Below, piece by piece: positions 1 to 9,420 of a DNA stretch of 64,000 nt (position 1 is its first letter; every line of letters starts with the position of its first letter). The notes beneath the pieces were generated by a model. It was given only the letters and a program-made list of their open reading frames with translations. It made no database searches and was not told where the DNA came from. A program made the translations under genes and the position numbers. The DNA comes from a virus (Duplodnaviria > Caudoviricetes). The stretch lies in IMG/VR virus record IMGVR_UViG_3300028048_000066, positions 32,001-96,000 of that record; one strand, given 5' to 3'.

Positions 1-2
1 TA

Positions 3-2717
3 GTTAAAAATATCAACTCATCTATAAATGGTATGAACCCAGAATCAATAGATGCTGCATATTCTAACTTCAAGAAGACCATTGGAACATTTGATACATT
101 GATTACTTGCAGAGATTATATGAATTATATTTACAAACTTTTGGATGATGATGATATTTATCCATTAGTAAGTAATATTCTTGTAGGTGACAGAAGGGTT
201 GATTATAACTATTCTAATAATATTGTAACCTATAATCAATATGGTCAATCGGTAGTAAATGCTATTTTAGTTGAAAGTGATGAACCAATTATAAGTGCAT
301 TTGATTTAGTTTTATATGCAATGAACCCAATTAAGATATTTGATACATCTTCTTATGAAAACTCATTCAGAAGACTATTTGATACAACCAGAATTGAAGG
401 TAAATTAGAGGAATCAAAGTGTGTATCACATAACTATAAAGAATTAGAATCAACAGATGTTTTTACATTTAAGAATTACTATAAACTTAATGCAAAGATT
501 TCAACAACATATAAAGTAAATGCTATTGAGAGAGCAGATATTCTTAACAACATCAATACAGCACTTGTAAAGAACTTCAATGCCAGAGAAGTAGATTTTG
601 GTTATGAGATTCCTTATGAAACATTGTTAAGTGTTATGGAAAATGCAGATGTAAGAATTAAATTAGTTTCATTAGCAGAACCTGAATTAGAAACAAAGAT
701 TATGTATGCAGACAATTCAGAAGAATCATTATTTGCAGTTGACACACACGGAAATCGTAGCAACTATATTAAATTACTTGCAAAGAATGTTCTTGCTGGT
801 AAGGTAGAATTGTTTGACTATAATGAATTATTTGATTATGACTTTGGTCAAGAGAAGTTAGTTGGTTCTGGTGATGAGATGCTCTATAAAGGTGTAGAAA
901 AGGTTACATCAGAAGTTACAATCAATCCAACACACGATGGATATACCTTAAAACAAAACGAAGTAGCACAATTCATTATGCCTTCACTTATTACAGACAT
1001 AACCTATCCATATGGAATTGGTTTATACTTACAACTAAACAGCGATAAATTAAATGCTGGTGAAGAATATAAATTACAAAGTGGAGAATATTGTGTGTTT
1101 ATCTACACAGATACAAATGGAAACCAAGTAGTAAATATCTATGAAAATGGTGATATTGTAAGAGCAAATGTAGATATTTATACAACAGAATATAAGAGAG
1201 ATACACTTTATTACACACCAAAAGAGGTTACAATTTATGATGTAGTTATCAGAAACAGACTTCAAAGTTTAGGGATTGCAGATGAACACGGTGTGGTTCA
1301 AGAGTTTATACTTGCAACACAAGAAACAGTAGAACATAGAGAACTAAATCAAGAAAAGATTGACTATCAAACATATATGTATTGGATGCTTAACAATGCA
1401 GACAATGAGTTAGTGTTTGATGAAGATGGTGAATATATGCTTGAAGAAGGTGAATATTTATTTAGAACAGATGCATCTTTCAGTGATTTAATTTCTTATG
1501 GTTCTGGTACAGTTATTAAATATGTTACACCAGAAGATAGTGATAGTTCTGATGATTCAGATGAAGACGAAGACTTATGGAAATGTGATAAAGTAAGTTT
1601 AGAGGAAATCAATGAGAATGGTTTACTTGGATTACAAGACAAGTTTAAGTATTTTGATTGTAATGACTCTACATATTTCTTAATGAGGGAACAAACAATT
1701 TACACAGCAATTGAAGGAGATAAATTAACATCTAATGATGATACATTAGCATTAGGAAACGACTTCATTAGTGTAGAAGGAAAAGAAGTCGCAATCAATG
1801 GAGAAAAGATTCCATCAGTAAGTATTGATGAAGGATATGTAAAAGGTAGAAGTAGACTAGATATTGCTGCTGGTCCAACAATACCACAAGTTCTTCAAGA
1901 AAATCAAACAATGACATTTAAGTGCTTAGATGCAAATGATGATGATATAGATGTTGTTCTTACACAAGGTGCTTCATTCCACTTAAGTACAATTAAACAA
2001 CTTGGTGGTGGGGTAGATGTTGATTTAAGAACTATAAACTATTTAGTAAGTGAAGATGATGCAAATAGATACATTCTCAATGATTTATATTGTTATAACT
2101 TAAATACAAACTATAGTATTAACAGAACATCCTCTAACTATTCTACAGTTGTTTTAGGTGCGGGGGAAGATATAGAATTGAAAATCCCAGCAATAACATA
2201 TAAAGATTCAATAGTTATGGTATATAGTGGTGGTGCAGATGTAAAAATCACTCCAATATTAAGATTAGGTCAAGTTTACTATACATTTAATAACTATTAC
2301 ACAGATGCTTCATTTACAGATGACAAGTTAAATGAAGGTATAAATATTGTTGATATTTATGATGTAAATCATTTTAAGATAAAGAATGAATCAGCAAACG
2401 ATGTTGCAATTATTATAAGCAAACCAAGAATCATCAACAAAGTACACAGTGGTGGTTCAGTAACATTGGGATATAACAAAGCATTCAAATTATCTAGTGA
2501 TGAAGAAGAAGCATTAAGAGAAGAGATTAAAGCAAATGACTCAACAAGCATCTTCTACTATACAAACTATGTAGAGAATGTTAAGGCAATTGAAACAGAT
2601 GATTTCACAGACCCAAGTATTTTCTATGATTACAATAATATAGCAAATAAGTGGACAATAGCAGAGATTGATTTCTCAAACAGCAGTATTGACATTATAA
2701 GGAGTTCAAGAGTATAA
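3..2717 (+). CDS. Baseplate wedge protein (T4 gp6 / P2 gpJ-like), 5'-truncated by window edge
   Basis: Frame is open from position 3. INGMNPESIDAAY..LITCRDY resembles the GGxDxES..D.Y signature of gpJ/gp6 baseplate proteins. Followed by gpI-like and fibre genes. Confidence 0.65.
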   Translation, partial: VKNINSSINGMNPESIDAAYSNFKKTIGTFDTLITCRDYMNYIYKLLDDDDIYPLVSNILVGDRRVDYNYSNNIVTYNQYGQSVVNAILVESDEPIISAFDLVLYAMNPIKIFDTSSYENSFRRLFDTTRIEGKLEESKCVSHNYKELESTDVFTFKNYYKLNAKISTTYKVNAIERADILNNINTALVKNFNAREVDFGYEIPYETLLSVMENADVRIKLVSLAEPELETKIMYADNSEESLFAVDTHGNRSNYIKLLAKNVLAGKVELFDYNELFDYDFGQEKLVGSGDEMLYKGVEKVTSEVTINPTHDGYTLKQNEVAQFIMPSLITDITYPYGIGLYLQLNSDKLNAGEEYKLQSGEYCVFIYTDTNGNQVVNIYENGDIVRANVDIYTTEYKRDTLYYTPKEVTIYDVVIRNRLQSLGIADEHGVVQEFILATQETVEHRELNQEKIDYQTYMYWMLNNADNELVFDEDGEYMLEEGEYLFRTDASFSDLISYGSGTVIKYVTPEDSDSSDDSDEDEDLWKCDKVSLEEINENGLLGLQDKFKYFDCNDSTYFLMREQTIYTAIEGDKLTSNDDTLALGNDFISVEGKEVAINGEKIPSVSIDEGYVKGRSRLDIAAGPTIPQVLQENQTMTFKCLDANDDDIDVVLTQGASFHLSTIKQLGGGVDVDLRTINYLVSEDDANRYILNDLYCYNLNTNYSINRTSSNYSTVVLGAGEDIELKIPAITYKDSIVMVYSGGADVKITPILRLGQVYYTFNNYYTDASFTDDKLNEGINIVDIYDVNHFKIKNESANDVAIIISKPRIINKVHSGGSVTLGYNKAFKLSSDEEEALREEIKANDSTSIFYYTNYVENVKAIETDDFTDPSIFYDYNNIANKWTIAEIDFSNSSIDIIRSSRV

Positions 2718-3361
2718 TGAGAGTTGAAAATTTAGTTCCAATAGTATACTATAAGGAATCAAGAGATTTCTCATATATCGGAAGATTGTTGGAGATTGCA
2801 TTTAACTATTTAAAAACAAATGTTGATTTAGTAGGTACAAGTGTAAATGTCCTTTCTTCTGGTAATCTCATCAACCTTTTAGTGTCATCTTTGGGATTTG
2901 AGTCTAAACACGAGTATACAAATGAGGACTTAATTAAGTTGTGTAGTTCTTTTGTATATCTTGTAAGAAATAAAGGTTCAATTAAAGCAATAGAAGATAC
3001 AATCAATATTCTATTAAGGTCACAAAATATTACTTATGATGTAGACCTAGATTTTGATGCAGAAGACAGACAATCAATCATAATTGAGATTCCTGAGGAA
3101 TTAGAAGATACAGTCTTATTAGATGATGTATTTGATTATATCTTACCTACTGGAATTTTATACAAATATGTGAGAGTATCAAAGACAAAACCACACTATA
3201 CATCTATGTTTGATACACAAGAAGTTGTTTCTATTGAAAGAGCAAACAATATAGAACTTGGACAAATTAGTGGTAATAATAATAGTGATGATAGTGTATA
3301 TCCAGATAGAAGTATGACATATACATCTACAACAGCAGAACAAGAAGAGATAGATGACTAA
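2717..3361 (+). CDS. Baseplate/tail protein, P2 gpI-like
   Basis: LVRNKGSIKAIE resembles the gpI (R.KGT..A) motif; C-terminal ILPTG; directly after the gpJ-like gene with TAATG overlap. Confidence 0.6.
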   Translation: MRVENLVPIVYYKESRDFSYIGRLLEIAFNYLKTNVDLVGTSVNVLSSGNLINLLVSSLGFESKHEYTNEDLIKLCSSFVYLVRNKGSIKAIEDTINILLRSQNITYDVDLDFDAEDRQSIIIEIPEELEDTVLLDDVFDYILPTGILYKYVRVSKTKPHYTSMFDTQEVVSIERANNIELGQISGNNNSDDSVYPDRSMTYTSTTAEQEEIDD

Positions 3362-3384
3362 TCAGGGGAATAAGGAGATATAAT

Positions 3385-3906
3385 ATGGCAAACGAAGTGA
3401 ATTCAATTAACTATATTGGAAATGTTACAATAAAGTATGTAACAAAGTCTGGAAGACCAGTTAAAAGCATTTACAGACACAATAAAGGTTGCAGACCATT
3501 ATTTAACTTTATAACAAGTTGTATGATGGGTAAATATAATGAGAACAATAGACCAGTATACTTAATGGTGTACAAAAAGGGTGAGGAAGTTACAAGTGAA
3601 AATCTTGGAACACCAGTACTCCCTAACTTACAATACATACTTAACACAGAAAGTAGTTATGATAGTGAAAATGATGCTGGTATTGTAAAGTATAAGTTTA
3701 TGTTCCCAGGAAGTGTGCTAACAAATGATGGAGATGTAATTGCACTATTTAATTATAATAATGCAAACACATATAAAATTGAAGGTGCAAATGTTCCTTC
3801 TAATTATGTTGAATTAACTGGTGCAGACATCATCAACCAAAGCGATGTAATAAATCAAAATGTAATAGTAATATGGGAATTACAATTCTCAAACAAAGCA
3901 GAATAA
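3385..3906 (+). CDS. Putative baseplate/tail-fibre attachment protein
   Basis: Position in tail module; AAGGAG RBS; beta-rich, ending VIWELQF. Confidence 0.4.
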   Translation: MANEVNSINYIGNVTIKYVTKSGRPVKSIYRHNKGCRPLFNFITSCMMGKYNENNRPVYLMVYKKGEEVTSENLGTPVLPNLQYILNTESSYDSENDAGIVKYKFMFPGSVLTNDGDVIALFNYNNANTYKIEGANVPSNYVELTGADIINQSDVINQNVIVIWELQFSNKAE

Positions 3907-3926
3907 TAAACAGGAGAAAATAGATT

Positions 3927-5516
3927 ATGGCAAAATATTATGTAAAAAGTGCAGACATTAAAGCATATCCTACAGCATTTAGAGATATAGAAAATTCTGG
4001 GGATACACAATCATACTTAAATACAGAGTTCAATGTAACGAATTTGAAGTTTTTAAGTGCTATCAAAGAGAACCAAACATTCTCATATGAAGATGGGGAT
4101 TATTTAATTCTATCTCTTCACGGTTATCTCTTTAAACTTTTAAAGTCAGATGTACCACAAGGCAGAAACTTATATGCATATATTTGTGTACAAGAGAAAG
4201 ATGTGCCAACAACTGGAACATCAATTTACAACAACTACATTCTAGTTGCAGACTCTGGTGGTGGATATTCAACAACACTTGATAATGAAGGATTAAATCA
4301 AGAGTATTATTTCTATGCTTTGGTATTCACAGATGATAGCATTGATACATTATTATCTTCTTCAACTCCTGGAACAAGATATTATGGATTAAAAGTCAGA
4401 GGAGATGATACAAACATAGTCTGTCAACCTCTAAAACTCTCTACAAGCGAGATTAGAAACGAAAGTGATAAATCTATTGATGAAGAGTTACCAATCAACC
4501 AAGAGTTTAATACTTACGAATTAAATGTTGGAGAAGGTGGTATTAACTGTTCTTCAAACATTACATCAAACACAATAAACACACATCAAATAGAGGTTGA
4601 AGGTCCTTTATTCTGTAGTGCTTTAGCAGCAGGTGAGCATAATGGAGAACTTAATATTGTATGTAAAACTATAAATAACACAGACAATATCACTTCAAAC
4701 ACAATTAAAGTTAATAATAAAATCACTGTAAAGAATGAGTATGATTTAGGTAAAGTAGATGCAAACATCGTTAATGCAAGTGTTTCTGTTGAAGCACCAA
4801 GCATTAAAGCAACACAACAATTCACTGGAAATTTATTAGGAAATGTTGTTGGTAATGTTACAGGCAACTTAAATGGTAATGCAACAACAGCATCTAAACT
4901 TTATGCACCAGTAACAATAAATAGCACACCATTTGATGGTTCAAGTGATATTATTGAAACAGATAAATGGGGTAAAGCAAGAAGTATTACAATTAAGGAT
5001 AATTCTGGAACAAATAGTTTTGTAACTTCTGGTGTTGATGGTGGAAGTGCAATCACATTAAAATTACCAGCAACAATTAACGCAGACATAGTTGGTAATG
5101 TAACTGGTAATATTATTGGTAATGTAACTGGTTCTGCATCAAAGGCACTATCATATACAACATCACAGATAAGTGCTGATAATGATACAACTAAAACTTA
5201 TATAATTGGTAAGCAAACAACCAGTGAGAATACAGAAACAAAATATAATGCTAATGTTTATTTCAAAGGCAGTGCACTTTATTGTGGTTCTTTAAATAGC
5301 GGAAATAATACATATACATTACCATCAGAAACTGGTACACTAGCATTAAAAGAAGATATTAACAATGGAAAATTAACAGTAAAAACAATCATTGGTAGTG
5401 ACACACCAACTTCAACTGAGTTTGAAGCAAACCAAAGTGAAAACACAACTGTTGATATTAAGATACCAAAAATAACCTGTGATGGAACAACATTAACAAT
5501 AGTAGTTCCAGTCTAA
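3927..5516 (+). CDS. Tail fibre protein
   Basis: GNLLGNVVGNVTGNLNGNATTASKL and GNVTGNIIGNVTG repeats, FDGSSDI and LPSETGTLA motifs typical of fibre shafts. Confidence 0.7.
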   Translation: MAKYYVKSADIKAYPTAFRDIENSGDTQSYLNTEFNVTNLKFLSAIKENQTFSYEDGDYLILSLHGYLFKLLKSDVPQGRNLYAYICVQEKDVPTTGTSIYNNYILVADSGGGYSTTLDNEGLNQEYYFYALVFTDDSIDTLLSSSTPGTRYYGLKVRGDDTNIVCQPLKLSTSEIRNESDKSIDEELPINQEFNTYELNVGEGGINCSSNITSNTINTHQIEVEGPLFCSALAAGEHNGELNIVCKTINNTDNITSNTIKVNNKITVKNEYDLGKVDANIVNASVSVEAPSIKATQQFTGNLLGNVVGNVTGNLNGNATTASKLYAPVTINSTPFDGSSDIIETDKWGKARSITIKDNSGTNSFVTSGVDGGSAITLKLPATINADIVGNVTGNIIGNVTGSASKALSYTTSQISADNDTTKTYIIGKQTTSENTETKYNANVYFKGSALYCGSLNSGNNTYTLPSETGTLALKEDINNGKLTVKTIIGSDTPTSTEFEANQSENTTVDIKIPKITCDGTTLTIVVPV

Positions 5517-5534
5517 TACACCTAAGAGGTAATT

Positions 5535-6716
5535 ATGAGTGTAAACGAAATTAAATTTAATGGTGAAACTATAGGTATCACTCAAGTTGATTATAAGATG
5601 GGCGATAGTGTAATGCACCCTAAGATAATAAAATATCAAGTGGGTGATGATGATGTGAATGCAAAAGTGGTTTGGAGAGAACCATATAATTTAAACATTA
5701 TCAAAGACGATAGTATAACAAGTATTAAATATAAAATTGATGGTGGTACTCCTGTTGAAACACTTACAAGTACAGATGTAATTATTGGATATGGTCAAAA
5801 ATATTCATATATTGTTACTTATGATGCCAACATTTATTCAAACATCTTAAAGGAAAATAGACCAGCAGAAACTTGGGAAGAAGCAAAAGAATATGAGATG
5901 ACAGAAAATGTAACAATCAACCCTAAAGTAGTTCCATATAAGACACTTACAATAAATTCAGAACCAAGTGGAAGTGCAAATAAATCAAGTGCAAAAGTTA
6001 CAAGAACATCACATATAAGTAATTATGATATTGCAGATGGTGAACTATCAAGTGGTGCTAAGGTTTATAAAGGTGATTCAATTAAAGTAGAAATATCCAT
6101 TGGAAGTGATTTATATGGAGAATATAAACTTGTAAATAATGATACTAAAGTAGAAGTAGGTTCTGATTTACAAGACTGTACAACATATTATGCTACAAAG
6201 GGTACACCAACAACTTGGAAAGCAACTAACGATTCTACAAAATCATCTGGACTAATTATAAGTAAAACAGCAACAGTTAAACTTAATGATGAGTTATTTA
6301 ACAACATCACTGTTTCAAGAAAGTCTAGTGCAACAACATATAGGACAGTATATTGGGGTGAAGGCAATGAACCACAAACAGGTTGGACTAGAGATGGTGA
6401 TGGTGAAATAAATGTATTAAATGGTGTTGAGAGTGCTGTAAATTATATACCTTTAACCAATATAAAAGTAAACGGATTTGTATATTATGGTAGTGCAGTT
6501 CAAGGCAATTCACATCAATTAGGGGGTAGTCCTTTAACTGTAGAAGGATTAAGTACTGGCGACTTTACAATCCCATATGGTGGATATAAGTGGACATTCT
6601 CTATATCACAAAAATCAAGTGGAAGTTCTACATTAGTATTAAGAAGAATACCACCAAAACCAAAGGGAGAGTATAAATCAATAGCAAAACTAACTGTTTA
6701 TCAGTATCCACAATAA
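5535..6716 (+). CDS. Putative tail fibre / receptor-binding protein
   Basis: Ser/Thr/Gly-rich beta-strand composition; last gene of the tail module. Confidence 0.45.
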   Translation: MSVNEIKFNGETIGITQVDYKMGDSVMHPKIIKYQVGDDDVNAKVVWREPYNLNIIKDDSITSIKYKIDGGTPVETLTSTDVIIGYGQKYSYIVTYDANIYSNILKENRPAETWEEAKEYEMTENVTINPKVVPYKTLTINSEPSGSANKSSAKVTRTSHISNYDIADGELSSGAKVYKGDSIKVEISIGSDLYGEYKLVNNDTKVEVGSDLQDCTTYYATKGTPTTWKATNDSTKSSGLIISKTATVKLNDELFNNITVSRKSSATTYRTVYWGEGNEPQTGWTRDGDGEINVLNGVESAVNYIPLTNIKVNGFVYYGSAVQGNSHQLGGSPLTVEGLSTGDFTIPYGGYKWTFSISQKSSGSSTLVLRRIPPKPKGEYKSIAKLTVYQYPQ

Positions 6717-6734
6717 AAAGTTTGTTGAAATATA

Positions 6735-6763
6735 TTAAGATTTTTGAAAAAATGTTGTATAAT
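6735..6763 (+). promoter_or_regulatory. sigmaA-like promoter (weak -35 TTAAGA, -10 TATAAT)
   Basis: TATAAT at 6758-6763 at the boundary between structural and replication modules. Confidence 0.5.
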
Positions 6764-6766
6764 ATA

Positions 6767-6794
6767 TGTAGACAAAAATATGTAGACAAAAATA
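6767..6794 (+). repeat. Perfect tandem 14-bp repeat TGTAGACAAAAATA x2
   Basis: Directly visible, immediately downstream of the -10 box. Confidence 0.9.
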
Positions 6795-6812
6795 AAACAA
6801 AGGAAAGGAATA

Positions 6813-7136
6813 ATGAATAGGTTTTATACAATCAAATGTCCAAAGTGTGGATGTGAATATCTACCAGAGGAAATATTTATACCAAATGCATTTTTTGGTA
6901 AACCAAAGAATATAGTTAAAGATGATAACGGAAAAATATTCAGTTTTGAAGGAGATTCTCTAACTACAAGTGAAGAGTATATTTGTGACAAGTGTGGATG
7001 TACTTTTACAATAGACTGCAAAATTGTGTTTGACACAAAAGTAAATGTAAAGCACGATTTTAGCGAGGATTACTCTACACCAATTTACAAAGATAGAATC
7101 ATATTAGATGAAGTAAATAATAACAAGTTATGGTAA
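6813..7136 (+). CDS. Zn-ribbon protein
   Basis: CPKC and CDKC pairs. Confidence 0.6.
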   Translation: MNRFYTIKCPKCGCEYLPEEIFIPNAFFGKPKNIVKDDNGKIFSFEGDSLTTSEEYICDKCGCTFTIDCKIVFDTKVNVKHDFSEDYSTPIYKDRIILDEVNNNKLW

Positions 7137-7137
7137 T

Positions 7138-8817
7138 ATGATAAAGATTGATGAAAGGAAGCACGACAGGTTGGGTGGTGTTAATTCATTATTTTTATCA
7201 TTTTCACCACAACCAGAAATCATAAGCATTATCAAATCGTGTAATGCTTATTATTATAATAATAAAAATTTTGAGTGGGAACTTCCTGTAAATAGTTTAG
7301 CATTCCTTTTAGACAACTTAACTTATTATGATGATATTGAACTTATACTGGATAATAGTGCTGTGACCTCGTGTAATGCCACACAGGCGATGATAACTAT
7401 TCCTAAGACAAAGTTATTCAAACATCAGCAAGAAGCAGTACAGTACGGATTAGAGGGTCACAACAAGTGGTTACTATTAGATGCACCAGGTCTAGGTAAG
7501 AGTTTATCTATGATTACTTTAGCAGAAGAACTCAAAGTACAGAGAGGAATTGAACATTGCTTAGTCATATGTGGTATCAATTCACTTAAAGGTAATTGGG
7601 AAAAAGAAATTAGTAAATATTCTCAGTATAACTCTGTAATTATCGGAAAGAGAGTAAACTCAAAAGGTAATGTGGTTTATGACACAATACCACAAAGAGC
7701 ATTACAGTTAAAGAATAAGATAGATGAGTTCTTTGTAATCTTAAATGTAGAGAGTTTAAGAGATGACAAGATTATAGATGCTATTAACAAATCTGAAAAC
7801 AAGTTTGATATGATAGTGTTAGATGAAGCACACTGTTGTAAAGGAACAAAAGCACAACAATCTAAGAATCTATTAAAACTTGATGCACCATATATGATTG
7901 CTATGACTGGTTCTTTGTTGATGAATAATCCAGTAGATTGTTATGTTCCACTTGCTTGGATAGGTGCAGAAAGAAAGAATAATGTAACAATGTTCAAGAA
8001 TACCTATTGTATCTTTGATGACTTGACAAAAGGTAGAATAGTTGGGTATAAGAATATGACATTGCTTAAAAATGAAATAGAAAATTGGTCTTTAAGAAGA
8101 ACAAAAGATTTACTTGACCTACCACCAAAGAACATAATTGAAGAATATGTTGAAATGGATGATAGTCATAGAAAGTTTTATGAAAATGTAAAACAGGGTG
8201 TAAAGGAAGAGTGTGATAAGATAGAGTTAAAACCTAATAATGTTTTATCACTTGTAACACGATTAAGACAGGCAACCAGTTGTCCTAGTGTGTTGACATC
8301 TTCAAAGATTTATAGCACAAAAGTAGAGAGGGCAAAGAGTCTAGTAGAGGAAATAGTATCACAGGGGGATAAAGTAGTTATATTCTCAACATTTAAAGAA
8401 CCAATCAATGAATTGTATGAAGAACTAAAAGAATACAACCCTCTAATTGGAACTGGTGATATTAAAGACTCCATTGTAAATGACAGTGTAACAAAATTCC
8501 AGAGTGATGATAAGTATAAAGTCTTCTTGGCAACATCACAGAAACTTGGAACAGGTCAAACACTAACAGCAGCATCTTATATGATTTTTATAGATGACCC
8601 TTGGACCGCTGCTTTAGTAGGACAGTGCGAAGACAGAATACATAGAATAGGAAGCACAGAACCAGTTTTCATTTATCATTTGATTTGTAAAGACACAATT
8701 GATGAGAGTATTAGGAAGATTGTAACACGAAAAGGACAGGTAGCAGACTATATTATTGATGATAAATTACCAGAAAATTTATGTGCAGAGTTGAGAGAAA
8801 TGTTGCATAATTTATAG
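7138..8817 (+). CDS. SNF2-family helicase/translocase
   Basis: LFKHQ, DAPGLGKS (Walker A), DEAH, MTGS, RRTK, QCEDRIHRIG motifs. Confidence 0.92.
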   Translation: MIKIDERKHDRLGGVNSLFLSFSPQPEIISIIKSCNAYYYNNKNFEWELPVNSLAFLLDNLTYYDDIELILDNSAVTSCNATQAMITIPKTKLFKHQQEAVQYGLEGHNKWLLLDAPGLGKSLSMITLAEELKVQRGIEHCLVICGINSLKGNWEKEISKYSQYNSVIIGKRVNSKGNVVYDTIPQRALQLKNKIDEFFVILNVESLRDDKIIDAINKSENKFDMIVLDEAHCCKGTKAQQSKNLLKLDAPYMIAMTGSLLMNNPVDCYVPLAWIGAERKNNVTMFKNTYCIFDDLTKGRIVGYKNMTLLKNEIENWSLRRTKDLLDLPPKNIIEEYVEMDDSHRKFYENVKQGVKEECDKIELKPNNVLSLVTRLRQATSCPSVLTSSKIYSTKVERAKSLVEEIVSQGDKVVIFSTFKEPINELYEELKEYNPLIGTGDIKDSIVNDSVTKFQSDDKYKVFLATSQKLGTGQTLTAASYMIFIDDPWTAALVGQCEDRIHRIGSTEPVFIYHLICKDTIDESIRKIVTRKGQVADYIIDDKLPENLCAELREMLHNL

Positions 8818-8830
8818 TCAATTTTTGGAG

Positions 8831-8841
8831 TGCTAAATTAA
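8831..8841 (+). promoter_or_regulatory. TGCTAAATTAA motif, putative phage late/middle promoter
   Basis: Identical 11-mer at 37724, 47495, 48322 and 63554; intergenic, upstream of an RBS. Confidence 0.55.
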
Positions 8842-8866
8842 GTAAAAATAGAAGGAGAGAAAGGTT

Positions 8867-9082
8867 ATGAGTAATGTTATTTTTTATCATACAGAAACTT
8901 GTCCTCAATGCAGAATGGTTGGACTATTATTAGATAAATATAAGATAGAACACGAGTCTTGCACTGATGTAGACGAGATGAAAAGTAAGGGAATAACTCA
9001 CACTCCAGCAATTGAAGTAGACGGAACTATACTTCAAGGTAAAGAGATGATGAATTGGGTAAATTCTTTTAAGACTTTATAA
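8867..9082 (+). CDS. nrdH: Glutaredoxin/NrdH-like redoxin
   Basis: CPQC active site, TP cis-Pro motif, 71 aa, near RNR genes. Confidence 0.8.
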   Translation: MSNVIFYHTETCPQCRMVGLLLDKYKIEHESCTDVDEMKSKGITHTPAIEVDGTILQGKEMMNWVNSFKTL

Positions 9083-9118
9083 AAACAAATTTATTAAAAA
9101 TGAAAGGAGAAATTTAAT

Positions 9119-9418
9119 ATGGCAACTTGTATTTGGCAACCAAAGTTTTCAACACAAGAAGTTTTAATAGCAACGAATAAGGTTAGGGAAGGTAAGAACT
9201 ATGTGTTTTTCGCAGGGGATAGAAACCACCCAGACCTTTATTCATATGATGGAAGTAAAGTAAAAACTCAATGTAAAATAACGAGTAATGGTAAGATTTA
9301 TTGCTATTGTATTCCTTTAAGTTGGTTGGAAAATGAGGGAGATTTACCAGATGACCTAAAAGAAATTAAGGAAAGGGAATATCAAAATTACAAGAAGAGG
9401 TTTAGTAAAAAAAGTTAA
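9119..9418 (+). CDS. Hypothetical protein
   Basis: ORF with GAAAGGAG RBS. Confidence 0.6.
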   Translation: MATCIWQPKFSTQEVLIATNKVREGKNYVFFAGDRNHPDLYSYDGSKVKTQCKITSNGKIYCYCIPLSWLENEGDLPDDLKEIKEREYQNYKKRFSKKS

Positions 9419-9420
9419 TT

